Shown: positions 23,107-33,118, counted from the stretch's first letter. The stretch is DNA of 64,000 nt from an uncultured Chloroflexia bacterium (GCA_963724295.1 CAVRUC010000002.1:352001-416000); one strand, 5' to 3'. The notes: generated by a model not told the origin, from the letters alone. A program made the numbers and translations.

Positions 23107-23973
23107 TTACCGAAGACTATCCTCCGCGAGCCGGACCGGAATGACAGGCAGGATGATTCCTCGGTCGATCGGAGCAACATGGGGCGTGAGTCCTCCCGCC
23201 TCCGCGATGGCCTGGAGATCGGGCAGGGCGTAGGGCTCGGCAGCGCTGATATCCACCTGATACCCCATGTCCTGGAGACTGGCGACGGTCAACCGGCTCA
23301 TGGGATTGGGCGGCACATCGATAAACCCCGTCATCAACTCATTGTTGAAGACCGCCTCGCGCCAGTGCGAGCCTGCCGTCCCGGGCCCGCCGGTGTTCTC
23401 GACCGGCACCGGCTGTGGGGCGACGTCGCGAAGCGTTCCGTACTCCCGCATCGCATGCTGCCCGATGAAGACCGGATTGTTCGGGCCATCCTGCCGAGTC
23501 AGGCCCTTCTCCGACCAGATGGTGCCACTCCCGAGGACATGACCCATCTCATGCACAATGACGTCGTTGAGCGTCCCCGCTTCCTCCATCTGCGCGAGGT
23601 CCGCGGTATCGAAGGTCATAATCCCTTTAGCAGGGATCAATGCGGCGGCACCGGCATTGAGTGGCCGTAAGAAGGTGGGACCCGCCTGTCCCAGCACCTT
23701 GTTGGGACCGTCGATGTCCGCGCCCTGTGCCAGAATCAGCACGTCGTCGATGACATCGCCCTCGACCAGCACATCCGGCAGATCCCCGATAATTACTCGT
23801 ACCCAGCGGTCAGCCGCAGCCTTGAAGGCATCCCTCTGCGCCTGGGTCAATCCACCGATGAACTTGACCTCGATCGTGAACGGCGATGCTACGCCCGCCG
23901 CGGCGGCGACCGCTGGTGGCGCCGCTGCGCGATAGACCTCCGTCGAGTCACTGAATGTCTGCCTGGTATCCAT
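23107..23973 (-). CDS. Leishmanolysin-like (M8) zinc metallopeptidase
   Basis: AAGGAG RBS before MDTRQ; DGPNKVLGQAGP, HEMGH (HExxH), GTAGSHW, ELMTG Met-turn. Confidence 0.85.
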   Translation of the reverse strand: MDTRQTFSDSTEVYRAAAPPAVAAAAGVASPFTIEVKFIGGLTQAQRDAFKAAADRWVRVIIGDLPDVLVEGDVIDDVLILAQGADIDGPNKVLGQAGPTFLRPLNAGAAALIPAKGIMTFDTADLAQMEEAGTLNDVIVHEMGHVLGSGTIWSEKGLTRQDGPNNPVFIGQHAMREYGTLRDVAPQPVPVENTGGPGTAGSHWREAVFNNELMTGFIDVPPNPMSRLTVASLQDMGYQVDISAAEPYALPDLQAIAEAGGLTPHVAPIDRGIILPVIPVRLAEDSLR

Positions 23974-24040
23974 GGCCGAACGCTCCTTCTGCTGGTGAAC
24001 CTCGTAATTCTGGGTGGCTTCGCCGAAGTTGGCGAGTCTA

Positions 24041-24949
24041 GAGGGTGTCTGAAAAGGGTATAGGATGGGGGCGAAGCCTGGATGGTAGTCGTTTTGTCTG
24101 GAGACGACCATGGCCCGCCGTCGCTATCCATCCGACCTGACCGATGCCCAGTGGATGCGCCTCGAACCGATGCTCCCACCTGCGGTGCCGGGTGGTCGAC
24201 CACGCACCCATTCCTCTCGGGACGTGATGGACGCGCTGCGCTACGTGCTGCGGGGTGGCATCGCCTGGCGGGCTCTCCCGCATGAGTATCCCCCCTGGCA
24301 GACGGTCTATCACTATTTCCGGATGTGGCGACGGGATGGCACCTGGGAGCGGCTCAACGACGAGCTGCGCGACCTGGTGCGGGAGCGGGCCGGACGCAAC
24401 CGGCAGCCCACGGCGGCCATTCTCGATAGCCAGTCGGCCAAGACCACCGAAAAAGGGGGGTCCGGGGCTACGACGGGGCCAAGAAACTGAACGGGCGCAA
24501 GCGCCATCTGCTGGTGGATACGACCGGACTGGTGCTCACGGCCGTGGTACATCCGGCTGACGTGAGCGATCGCGACGGGGCCGTTCAGGTGCTCACGCAT
24601 CTCACCGACCGCTTCCCGACGCTCCGCCACCTCTGGGTTGATGCCGGGTATGCGGGTAGGACGGTGACCTGGATTGAGCAGACCCACGGGCTCAGCGTGA
24701 GCGTAGTGCGCAAGCCCCGGGGCTGGATGCGGGTGCCCGTGGACCAGGACCTGCCACTGCAGCCAGCGGGCTTTCACGTCTTGCCCCGGCGCTGGGTCGT
24801 CGAGCGCACCTTCGCCTGGCTAGGTCGGTACCGACGATTGAGCAAGGACTACGAGGTCCTTCCTGCCACCGAGGAGGCCTGGATTCACCTCGCCATGACC
24901 AGCCTCATGCTTGCGCGACTGGCTTCATGACCCCTTTTCAGACACCCTC
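24041..24949 (+). mobile_element. IS5-family insertion sequence (IS427/IS1031-like), 909 bp
   Basis: 18-bp perfect terminal IRs GAGGGTGTCTGAAAAGGG / CCCTTTTCAGACACCCTC, TA duplication within a CTAG target. Confidence 0.93.
24110..24930 (+). CDS. IS5-family transposase (two ORFs joined by -1 frameshift at A5G6, 24450-24460)
   Basis: YPSDLTDAQW, YPPWQTVY, ILDSQS, GRKRH, WVDAGY, RRWVVERTFAWL...RRLSKDYE. Confidence 0.92.
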
Positions 24950-25594
24950 TAGGACTCAATCGGAGACACCTCCTTTCGCCCCTCGATCCTGTTCCACCCA
25001 TTCCGAGGTCCGAGGCCTGAATCCGTGACAGCGCAGTGCACCCCCATGCGAGAAATCACGCGCTTGGCAACGAGCTGTTCATCCTGAGACCCGTCGATGC
25101 GCTGGAACCCTTCGATATCGTCGAGGTGCATGCCCAGGGTGACGACAAAGGGCCGCCGTCGCCGCATGCAGGCGCGGTGACCACACCCCAATAACGCCCA
25201 TTATCCGCAAAGGACGCGGTATATCGACGGCGGCCGGGACGGCACGGTGGATCCGGCAATCCTGACCGCCGCGACGCCGCCCCCGAACGGGCGTCTCCCC
25301 ATCGACGCCTCCTCCCAAGGCACCCAAACTGAGACGCTACCGCTGTACCTGCCGTGGCCATCATCCCGTAAGCCAGCCGCGGAACCCGCGATGGACGCGC
25401 ATGGCGTGCACCGGGTTCGCACGAGGCTCCGCCTCATCGCGTCCAGCGCGATCCCCGGGCGACGCCCGTGACGTGACATGGACGATTGGACGCCCTTGAC
25501 AGCGTAGTGGCTGGGTATAGGCTTGCGCGAGTCCGTGTCGAATCCGCCGCGTGGTGGCAGACCGATATCGCGTGAGAGTGCCAGGAGATCGTCA

Positions 25595-27099
25595 ATGACC
25601 GCAGCAGCGATGGGCGCTTGGTCCCCCCATACCACCCGGCGTGACGTGCTGAAGGTCGGGCTCGCCGCAACCGGCACGCTCCTCATTCCCTCCGCATCGG
25701 CCCGTGGACAGAGTGCCACACCGTCTGCATCTCCGGTCGCAGGTCTCACCGAGGAGCAGCGTGGCTGGCTGGAGCGGGCCTCGCGCAACGACGTCAACGG
25801 CTGGGTCCACCTCAAGATCGCGGGCGCTCCATTCGAGCGCGGATTCCAGCACGGCTACCTGGTGGCGGCCGAATACGCCGACGCTCTGCGGGTCTATGAG
25901 GCGATGACCTATCAGACGATGGGCTTCGACTACAGCTTCTTCGCCGAGAAGGCGGTCGAGTTTCACAAGTCGAAGATCACACCCGAGCTGACCGAAGAGA
26001 TGGAGGGCATCGCCGCGGGTCTCACGGCAGCCGGGGTTCCAACCACCTTCGACGACATCATCGGCTGGAACGCGTATAGGAGATAACCGGCTACTGGTGG
26101 CCGACGGTTGCCAGCCAGTACGCCAATGATGCGCCGAACGGCAACCGCAAGAGCCATTGCTCGGCGTTCATCGCCACCGGCTCGGCGACGACTGATGGCC
26201 GCATCGTCATCGGCCACCAATCGTTCACCGAGTTCTGGAATGGCCAGTTCATGAACGTCATCCTCGACATCACACCCACCGATGGGTATCGCATCGTGAT
26301 GCAGACCAGTCCGGGCTGGGTTGCCAGCATGACCGATTTCTGGGTCACCGGCGGTGGCATGGTGGTGGTCGAGACGACGATGGTTGGTTACGAGGGGTAC
26401 GACACGAGCAAGGTTCCGGAGTACGTCCGCGCCCGCAACGCCTGCCAGTTCGCCACCTCGATCGACGAGTGGGTGAAACTGATGGACACGGAGGACAACG
26501 GCGGTTACGCCAACATGTGGCTGATCGGCGACATCAAGACCGGGGAGATCGCCGACTACGAGCAGGGGCTGATCTACCAGGACCTCAAGAAGAAGACGGA
26601 CGGCTGGTTCTTCGGGGATAACGCCCCGGATGACCCGCGCATTCGCAACGTGGAGAGCAGCGACACGGGGTACAACGACGTCCGCCAGCAGACGGGAGCG
26701 CGCCGGGTGCGCTGGCCGCAGCTCCTTGGTCAATACGAGGGTCGCATCGATGAACACGTCGGGCAGACGATGCTCGCGGACACCTTCGATCCCTATCTCG
26801 GCTACATCAACCCCTCGTCACGCACCATCTGCTCCCACTACGACGTCGACCCGATGTATTACGTCAGCGATCCGAACGCGGTCTGGAATGTCCCGTTCTA
26901 CCCGGCCGGATCGGTCGACGGGAAGGTGACGACGGCCGCGGCGGCCGAAGAGATGACCATGTGGGGGATCTTCGGCCGTGCCGACGGCGCCCCCTTCGAT
27001 GCCGAGGAGTTTCTGCGGCTGCACCCACAGTGGAATTGGGGGGAGGGCCTTCTCTACAGTCGCCCGTCCCAGCCGTGGACGGAATTCCCGGGGGAGTAG
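25595..27099 (+). CDS. TAT-exported Ntn-hydrolase (C45/phospholipase B-like; frameshift near 26079)
   Basis: TRRDVLK TAT motif, GAPFERGFQHG, nucleophile context HCSAFIATG, VVETT, NGGYANMWLIGD. Confidence 0.8.
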
Positions 27100-27487
27100 C
27101 CGGCGCGTACGATACCCAGAATTCAAGTCAGCCGAGGGTATTCGGGCAAATTCCCACTCGATGACGCACGCTTCGTCGTGACTCAACCTGGCCTAGCCGG
27201 GCGGGGTCTGCGTGAGTGACTCGACTGGCTGATCCAACCGGGCGGCACCAGACCGCCGCATCCAGTACTTGGCCGGATCCGGCGTGACAGGTGGTTCCAG
27301 CAGCGTCCCACGTCGAGAGATCTTGACCGCTCCCGGCTCGGACCAGTCACACATTCGAAATAGGATTCGTATTCGGGTCTCGCGCTGCTCAGCGCACTAA
27401 TACCCAACTAATACTGCCCTCCTATCGTCATGACGGGGATCGCCGGAGATGGGCGATCCGGACAGTACGCACGACGGGAGGCATCCC

Positions 27488-28119
27488 ATGGCAGTGAACA
27501 GAGGACGGGCTCTACGGCACCTCGGCCGCATGAGCCTGGTGTTCGCCTATCTGGTCGAGGCGATGACGCATCCCCTCCCTTCCACGCAGGCGGCCCAGAC
27601 CTGCTTCGGCAAGGCCGCGACGATTGCCGACCATCACGGGGACATCGCAGGCACCGCTGGCGACGACGTCATGATCGGCGACGACGGCGACAACGACTTC
27701 GAGAGCAACGGGGGTACCGACTACATCTGTGGCCTCGGTGGCGACGACATGGTCGGCTACCAGTTCAATGCCGTCATCTACGCGGAGGGCGGACCCGGCA
27801 ATGACTGGCTGCTCGGCGGCAACAGCGGCAACGAGCTCCACGGCGGTGGCGGCGCCGACCAGCTCGACGGCCACAACGGCCTCGACCTCCTCTATGGCGA
27901 CGGCGGGAACGATCTCCTCTTTGGCGCGGCGGTCAGGACTTCATCCATGGCGGCAACGGCCAGGACGACCTCTACGGCGGCGACGGCAATGACCACCTCT
28001 TCGGTGAGGGTGACCCCGACCGGCTCATCGGTGGTGACGGTTTTGACGCCTTTAGTGGTGGCGGCGGCGCCGACAAGTGCTACACCGGGGCCTTCTCCGA
28101 TGGCTTCTTCGACTGTTGA
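27488..28119 (+). CDS. RTX calcium-binding repeat protein (frameshift near 27925)
   Basis: TCFGKAATI, GTAGDDV, ICGLGGDD, many GGxGxD repeats; ends ...FFDC* at 28119. Confidence 0.75.
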
Positions 28120-28179
28120 AGCAGCACCGACTGATGACACCGCAAGGCACAGAGAGGCAGCACCCGCCAGGGGAGCGCG

Positions 28180-28422
28180 TCAATCGAAAGGCGCGGAAAT
28201 GGACGGCTGACGCTTCAATGCCCTCACAAAGAAGCTCGTTGCCGCCTGCTCGCGGCTCACGATCCACCCGACCTTGCACCGCCCCTTCGGGGTGCAGGGC
28301 GGGCGAGCATCCTCAAGCCGATCCGGGAACGCATAGCAGCGGTCACTGCCAACGCAGACCCACGCATCCGCTTTCGCCATCGCCGTGGCGATCATCTCCT
28401 CGGTAAGGTCCGGTTCGGTCAC
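28180..28422 (-). CDS. Small Cys-containing hypothetical protein divergent from XRE/recombinase
   Basis: 80-aa ORF with G-rich RBS and three Cys-containing segments; no recognisable domain. Confidence 0.35.
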   Translation of the reverse strand: MTEPDLTEEMIATAMAKADAWVCVGSDRCYAFPDRLEDARPPCTPKGRCKVGWIVSREQAATSFFVRALKRQPSISAPFD

Positions 28423-28472
28423 GTCGCTCGCCCCCTACCAGTCGTCGGAGTTGAAACCACCCGCAAACTCAC

Positions 28473-28506
28473 TTGCCGAGCCTTATTGCGCTATTGTATA
28501 ATACAC
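28473..28506 (+). promoter_or_regulatory. Candidate sigma70 promoter of the XRE-recombinase operon
   Basis: TTGCCG(28473)-18 nt-TATAAT(28497) in an AT-rich patch; TGTAT-A-ATACA palindrome overlaps the -10. Confidence 0.5.
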
Positions 28507-28535
28507 TCATGCGAAATGGCATAGAGGAGCGAGTG

Positions 28536-28802
28536 ATGGCACCGGGAACGTCGAGCAACCGGCTCGCGACAGCGCCGCCTGAGTGGCGGCACGCGATCCG
28601 CGAGCGCCGGGAGGCGGCTGGACTGAACCAGCGCGAACTCGCTCGCCGTACTGGGTTGACGCCGGAGTATTTGAACGCCATCGAGCGCGGACCCCGCCGG
28701 CCGGGCGTCCTCACGCTCGTCCGCATCGCCCGAGCGCTGGGCGTGACGATTGACGATCTCATCGTCGTCGACGACGAAGCAATGGGAGAGGGCACCTCAT
28801 GA
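28536..28802 (+). CDS. XRE-family HTH transcriptional regulator
   Basis: IRERREAAGLNQRELARRTGLTPEYLNAIERG...RIARALGV; GAGGAG RBS; ATGA overlap with the recombinase. Confidence 0.9.
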   Translation: MAPGTSSNRLATAPPEWRHAIRERREAAGLNQRELARRTGLTPEYLNAIERGPRRPGVLTLVRIARALGVTIDDLIVVDDEAMGEGTS

Positions 28803-30318
28803 GCGAGATCAATCGGGTCCACATCTACTGCCGCGTCAGTAGCGCCGGCCAAGAAGACAACACCAGCCTCGACACGCAGGAAGCCGCCTGCCGCACCTGG
28901 GCGAGCGGTCGCGACCTCGCCGTCGCCAGCGTCGCGCGCGAGGTCTGGTCGGGGGCGGACCGGCACCGACCGCAGCTTGATGCCGTGCTCGATCGGCTCA
29001 GCGCGGGCGAGACGCTGCTCTGTTACGCGCTGGACCGGCTCTCCCGCTCCCAGATCGACACGGCGATCCTCGTTGACCGCGTAGAGTCGGTCGGCGCGTC
29101 GCTCGCGCTCGTCACCGAAGATTTCGAGAAGTCGGCGACCGGCACGTTTTTACGCGGCGCGAAGGCGTTTGCCGCCGAACTTGAACGCGAGAAGATTGCC
29201 GAGCGCACCCAGCGCGGTCGTCGTGCGCGCGTTGCCAGTGGCAAACCGCTGGCCGGACCGAAAGCGCCGTACGGCTACCAGTGGGCCGACGACACGAAGG
29301 CGACGCTGATCCATGATCCCGAGACCGCACCGACCGTGCGCCTAATCTTCGATCTCGCGCTCGCGGGCGTCTCGCTCCGCCAGATCAGTGACCGGCTGGC
29401 CGCGCAGGGTATCCCGGCCTCGTCCGGCGCGGCACGCTGGCAACCGTCATCCCTACGCGAGATCCTGCTGCGACCGACGTACGCGGGCATGGTCGTCGCG
29501 TACGCCGCGACGGAGCAGCCGGTGCTCTTGCCCGATGTCGCCGAGCCGATGGTGACGGCGGCGGAGTTCGCGGCGGCGGGGTCGCGCCTTGAAGCGAACA
29601 AACGGTTGAGCACGCGCCGCAATGCCCACCCCGAGTGGTCGCTGTTGCGCGCCGGGTACATCGTCTGCGGTCACTGTGGCTGGGCGCTGAGCGTCACGAA
29701 TCCTGGCAGTCGTAGCCTCAGCCCGCAGTACCGCTGCACGGCACAACGCCAGCATGGTCCCGCCTGCCCGCGACCGACCATCACCGCGAGCATGGTCGAT
29801 CCCGAGGTCTGGCGGCACGTCGCGGGCGTCTTACCGATCCGCAGGTCGTGGCGCGGGAAGTCGCGCGTCGCCGCGACGACGGCGGTCTCGATCGCGATCT
29901 GGCGGCACTCGACCGGCGCATCGCCGCGCTGATCGACCGGCAGTCGCGCATCGCTCGTCGCGTCAGCACGATCGACGACGACGTGGTCGCAGCCCCGCTG
30001 CTGGTCGAGTTGAAGGCGATCGGCACCGAGAAAGCCGCGACCGAGCGAGAGCGCGACGATCTCCAGCGACGCATCGACGACCGCGCCGAGGAAGATGCGC
30101 GCGTGCAATCGCTGGCTGACTGGTGCTCCCGCGTCGGCGCGAATCTCGATCAGATGACCTACGACGAGAAGCGGCTGGCGATCGATGCGCTGGGCGTCAA
30201 GGTGCGCGCCTATCGAAAGGGGAGCGTCGATGCGGACGGCACGCCGCATCCGCGCTGGACATTGACGATGACGCCGGTCAGTACCGAGCCAGGGACTCTG
30301 TACAGTTCTTTACGTTGA
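28799..30318 (+). CDS. Large serine recombinase/integrase (frameshift near 29830)
   Basis: IYCRVSS catalytic Ser, SGADRHRP, LDRLSR, EREKIAER, APYGY, zinc ribbon CGHCG...YRC...C, coiled coil, EKRLAIDALGVKV. Confidence 0.92.
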
Positions 30319-30664
30319 CCTGCTCCTCCCATGCGCCATCGCTGACCTTCCAGAAGTGGCCGCGGATGCTCATGCCGGCATTGTTGACGAGGATGTCGAG
30401 GCGAGGGATCAGACGCAGCGCCGCCTCGGCCAGCCGGTGCGCCTCGCTCACGCGCGCCAGGTCGGCCGGAACCCCCCAGGCTTCGACGCCGAGTCCACGC
30501 ATCGCGGCAACGGATCGCTCGATCGCGTCCTGGTCACGCCCGGAGACGACGATATTGGCGCCCTCTCGCGCCAACCATTCGGCGATCGTCCGACCGATGC
30601 CGCGGGTGCTGCCGGTGACGAGAGCGGTTTGACCGGCCAGGCGCCGCGGGGACGGCTCACTCAA
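30312..30664 (-). pseudogene. 5' half of SDR oxidoreductase interrupted by the element
   Basis: ALVTGSTRGIG (GxxxGxG), DILVNNAG, WEEQVNV then breaks into element sequence. Confidence 0.9.
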
Positions 30665-30673
30665 GATGAGCCG

Positions 30674-32530
30674 TCATCCTGTTCGCTTCGGGTCCAGCTT
30701 GGCTCCGGATTCGCTTTGCGCCTGTAGGAGGTGTTCCAACTCTTCTACTGTGAGCGGCGGCGCCAGGTGCCGTCCCTGGGCGCGGTCGCATCCGAGCTCA
30801 CGCAACACGGCGAGCTGCTCCCCATTTTCCACGGCTCCCGCCGTGACGTGCAGACCGATAGCTTTCGCCATGCCGACCAGCGCTCGCACGATGTCGATGT
30901 CGTGTTGGTCGTTTCCGATCCTGGAGACGCATGAGCCGTCGATTTTGAGGTCGTCGACCCGGAAGCGAGTCAGCGAGCCGAGGGCGGCCAACCCCTTCCC
31001 GAAGTCGTCGATGGTGACCTTCACCCCTAGTCGCTTCAGCTCGTCGAGCGTCGACGCGATGTCCACCGAGTTGGCGAGCGCATCACCCTCCTTGAGCTCC
31101 AGGGCCAGACGCTCTGGAGCGAGACCCGATTTGCCGAGTGCCTCGGCGACGTCGCTCTCCAGGTCATCCTGTCGAAACTGGCGCGCCGACAGGTTCACGC
31201 TTACCTGCAGCGACCGAGCGGCTGGGTAGATGCTTTGCCAATGGCTGACCTGGCGACAGGCTTCCCCGATCACCCATCGACCGAGGGGTACGATCAAGCC
31301 CGTCTCATCAGCCAGCGGAATGAACTCAGACGGGTGGAGCAATCCTCGCTCGGGATGATCCCAGCGGAGCAAGGCCTCGACCGCGAGGATGCTACCCGAC
31401 GCGATGTCGACGATCGGCTGATAGGCGATGTGGAACTCATCCCGCTCCAGCGCCCGCCGTAGGTCGGCCTCTTGCTCCAACCGTTCCAACCCCTGGTGAT
31501 CGACGCTCGGGTCAAAGACCGCGGAGACGCCGCCGCCGGCGGCCTTGGCCCGGTAGAGCGCGACGTCGGCGGCTCGCAACAGGTCTTTCGGGGTGCGAAG
31601 ATCCGGAGACGCAATCGCGACCCCGATTGTGCCGCCGACCACCAGATCGTAACCCTTGACGTTGAACGGTCGACGCAACGCGGACAGGATCGTTTCGGCG
31701 ACCTGCTCGATTTGCCGCGGATGCGTGAACCGCTCCAGAACCGCGACAAACTCGTCACCGCCGAACCGGGCCAGCGAGCCTCGGTCGCTGACGAGGGGGG
31801 TCAGTCGTTGCGCGACGGCCACCAGGAGTTCATCACCGGCGGCGTGCCCGATCCCGTCATTGATGACCTTGAACCGGTCGAGGTCGAGAAAGAGGAGGGC
31901 CACGTTCGGACCTCCCGGCTGGCTCAGAACCGACTCGAGTCGGTCGATGCACAACCGGCGGTTGGGCAGACCCGTAAGTGAGTCATAGAAGGCGAGGTGC
32001 TGTAACTGGATCTCGGCCGCCTTTTCGGCGGTGACATCGAATTGGACCCCCTGCCAGAGTTGTGCTCCGTCAGTCGGGTCCTCGACCATGACCGCCACAT
32101 CGCGCAACCAGACGATCCGGCCATCCCGGGCCTGGACACGATATTCCGCGCTGAACGGCTCGTGCGTCGCCACCGCTTTGGACATCGCGTCCTGGACGCG
32201 CCGCTGGTCATCGCGGTGAACCAGCGTGAGCCAGTGCTCGGGATGCGAGACGTAGTCTTCCGGCTTGCATCCCAAGAGCGTTTCGACTTGCGGGCTGACG
32301 TAGACAATGGCCGATGTTGCCCCTGGAAGAATGCGGTGAATGTAGGTGATCGCTGGGATCGTCTCGATCAGCGTTTGGTATTGGCGCTCGGTGGCCGGCA
32401 GCCTTGGTCGAGGAAGCACACCGCGTGCATCGTGATGCAAGTGCCCGTTCACGTGAAGGGCTCCCTTCTGGAGACGCACCGCCTCAATATCATCACGGTA
32501 CCCCTCGCCACCGTCTATGAACGCGGTCAT
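30674..32530 (-). CDS. PAS-GGDEF-EAL protein (intact GGDEF, degenerate EAL)
   Basis: PAS/PAC, YDSLTGLPNR, DLDRFKVINDGIGHAAGD, RFGGDEF, VEALLRW; EAL motifs altered (ELKEG, DDFGKGLAAL, AGAVE). Confidence 0.93.
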   Translation of the reverse strand: MTAFIDGGEGYRDDIEAVRLQKGALHVNGHLHHDARGVLPRPRLPATERQYQTLIETIPAITYIHRILPGATSAIVYVSPQVETLLGCKPEDYVSHPEHWLTLVHRDDQRRVQDAMSKAVATHEPFSAEYRVQARDGRIVWLRDVAVMVEDPTDGAQLWQGVQFDVTAEKAAEIQLQHLAFYDSLTGLPNRRLCIDRLESVLSQPGGPNVALLFLDLDRFKVINDGIGHAAGDELLVAVAQRLTPLVSDRGSLARFGGDEFVAVLERFTHPRQIEQVAETILSALRRPFNVKGYDLVVGGTIGVAIASPDLRTPKDLLRAADVALYRAKAAGGGVSAVFDPSVDHQGLERLEQEADLRRALERDEFHIAYQPIVDIASGSILAVEALLRWDHPERGLLHPSEFIPLADETGLIVPLGRWVIGEACRQVSHWQSIYPAARSLQVSVNLSARQFRQDDLESDVAEALGKSGLAPERLALELKEGDALANSVDIASTLDELKRLGVKVTIDDFGKGLAALGSLTRFRVDDLKIDGSCVSRIGNDQHDIDIVRALVGMAKAIGLHVTAGAVENGEQLAVLRELGCDRAQGRHLAPPLTVEELEHLLQAQSESGAKLDPKRTG

Positions 32531-32820
32531 TTCCGGCTATGTTGGCTCAATACCAACGGCGACGCAATCCGGGTGAAAACCGATTCCCGGGTACATCGCC
32601 CGCAAGGCCCTGGAAATCGGAGGCGGGCAGACTGGCCGCGAACTGTCAGTTCGTTAAATATGAGTATAAAACATTGAGAGATCATTCGTGGAGTTATAAT
32701 GTTTTTGCACTGATGCCGCCATGAGCGACGCCGGATGTCCCGGAACGGCAGCCAACTCTACCCGAAGTGAACCGGGCACTCACAGCTCCAACCGCAGACA
32801 CTCAGTTCAGTCGCTAGGAC

Positions 32821-32849
32821 TTGACAAGGAGCCGCTCATCCGTTAGTGT
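32821..32849 (+). promoter_or_regulatory. Sigma70 promoter upstream of the MTWD mini-ORF array
   Basis: Perfect -35 TTGACA, 17-nt spacer, -10 TAGTGT. Confidence 0.7.
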
Positions 32850-33029
32850 AGGGGAAGTCACGATGTAAGCTACGTTCGAGAGGATAAATCATTGAGTTGG
32901 GTGAATGCGGAGCAATCATTGCTCTTTTCAGTTAATTCTGTTAAGAACCGCATAAACTCAGGGGGTCGACGGCAACTGATGGCACGTTTGTCTACCAATC
33001 AAGGGATTAACACAGCGAGGAGGCTTCTC

Positions 33030-33044
33030 ATGACGTGGGATTAG
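33030..33044 (+). CDS. Mini-ORF MTWD* copy 1
   Basis: GAGGAGG-6 nt-ATG ACG TGG GAT TAG. Confidence 0.6.
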   Translation: MTWD

Positions 33045-33118
33045 ACCAGCAACGCAGTGCCAGGACGCCGCGGTGAGAAGTCGTGGCTGGCGACATCAGT
33101 AAGAGAGGAAGGTGCCTC

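Larger units (their letters stand above)
15668..30313. mobile_element. About 14.6-kb integrative element mobilised by a large serine recombinase, inserted in an SDR gene
   Basis: SDR halves flank it. Shared AC/GT core at 15666-15667 and 30312-30313. Reconstituted attP TGTGTACGG-AAGAAG-GT-AAAGAA-CTGTACAGA is symmetric about the core. Recombinase lies at the right end. Confidence 0.88.

Noticed and set aside
24949..25191. ORF upstream of the IS as the disrupted 5' part of the peptidase
   Set aside because: It ends in TAG even in the reconstructed empty site, and the peptidase has its own RBS and start at 23973.
15662..30321. 8-bp direct repeat AGGTCAAC at both element ends as the att core
   Set aside because: Using it deletes two residues from the canonical SDR W-x5-VNL spacing, whereas attP symmetry centres exactly on the GT dinucleotide expected for a serine recombinase.
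32674..32700. TTGAGA...TATAAT second promoter
   Set aside because: The spacer is only 15 nt and there is no proper extended -10; not supportable without TSS data.
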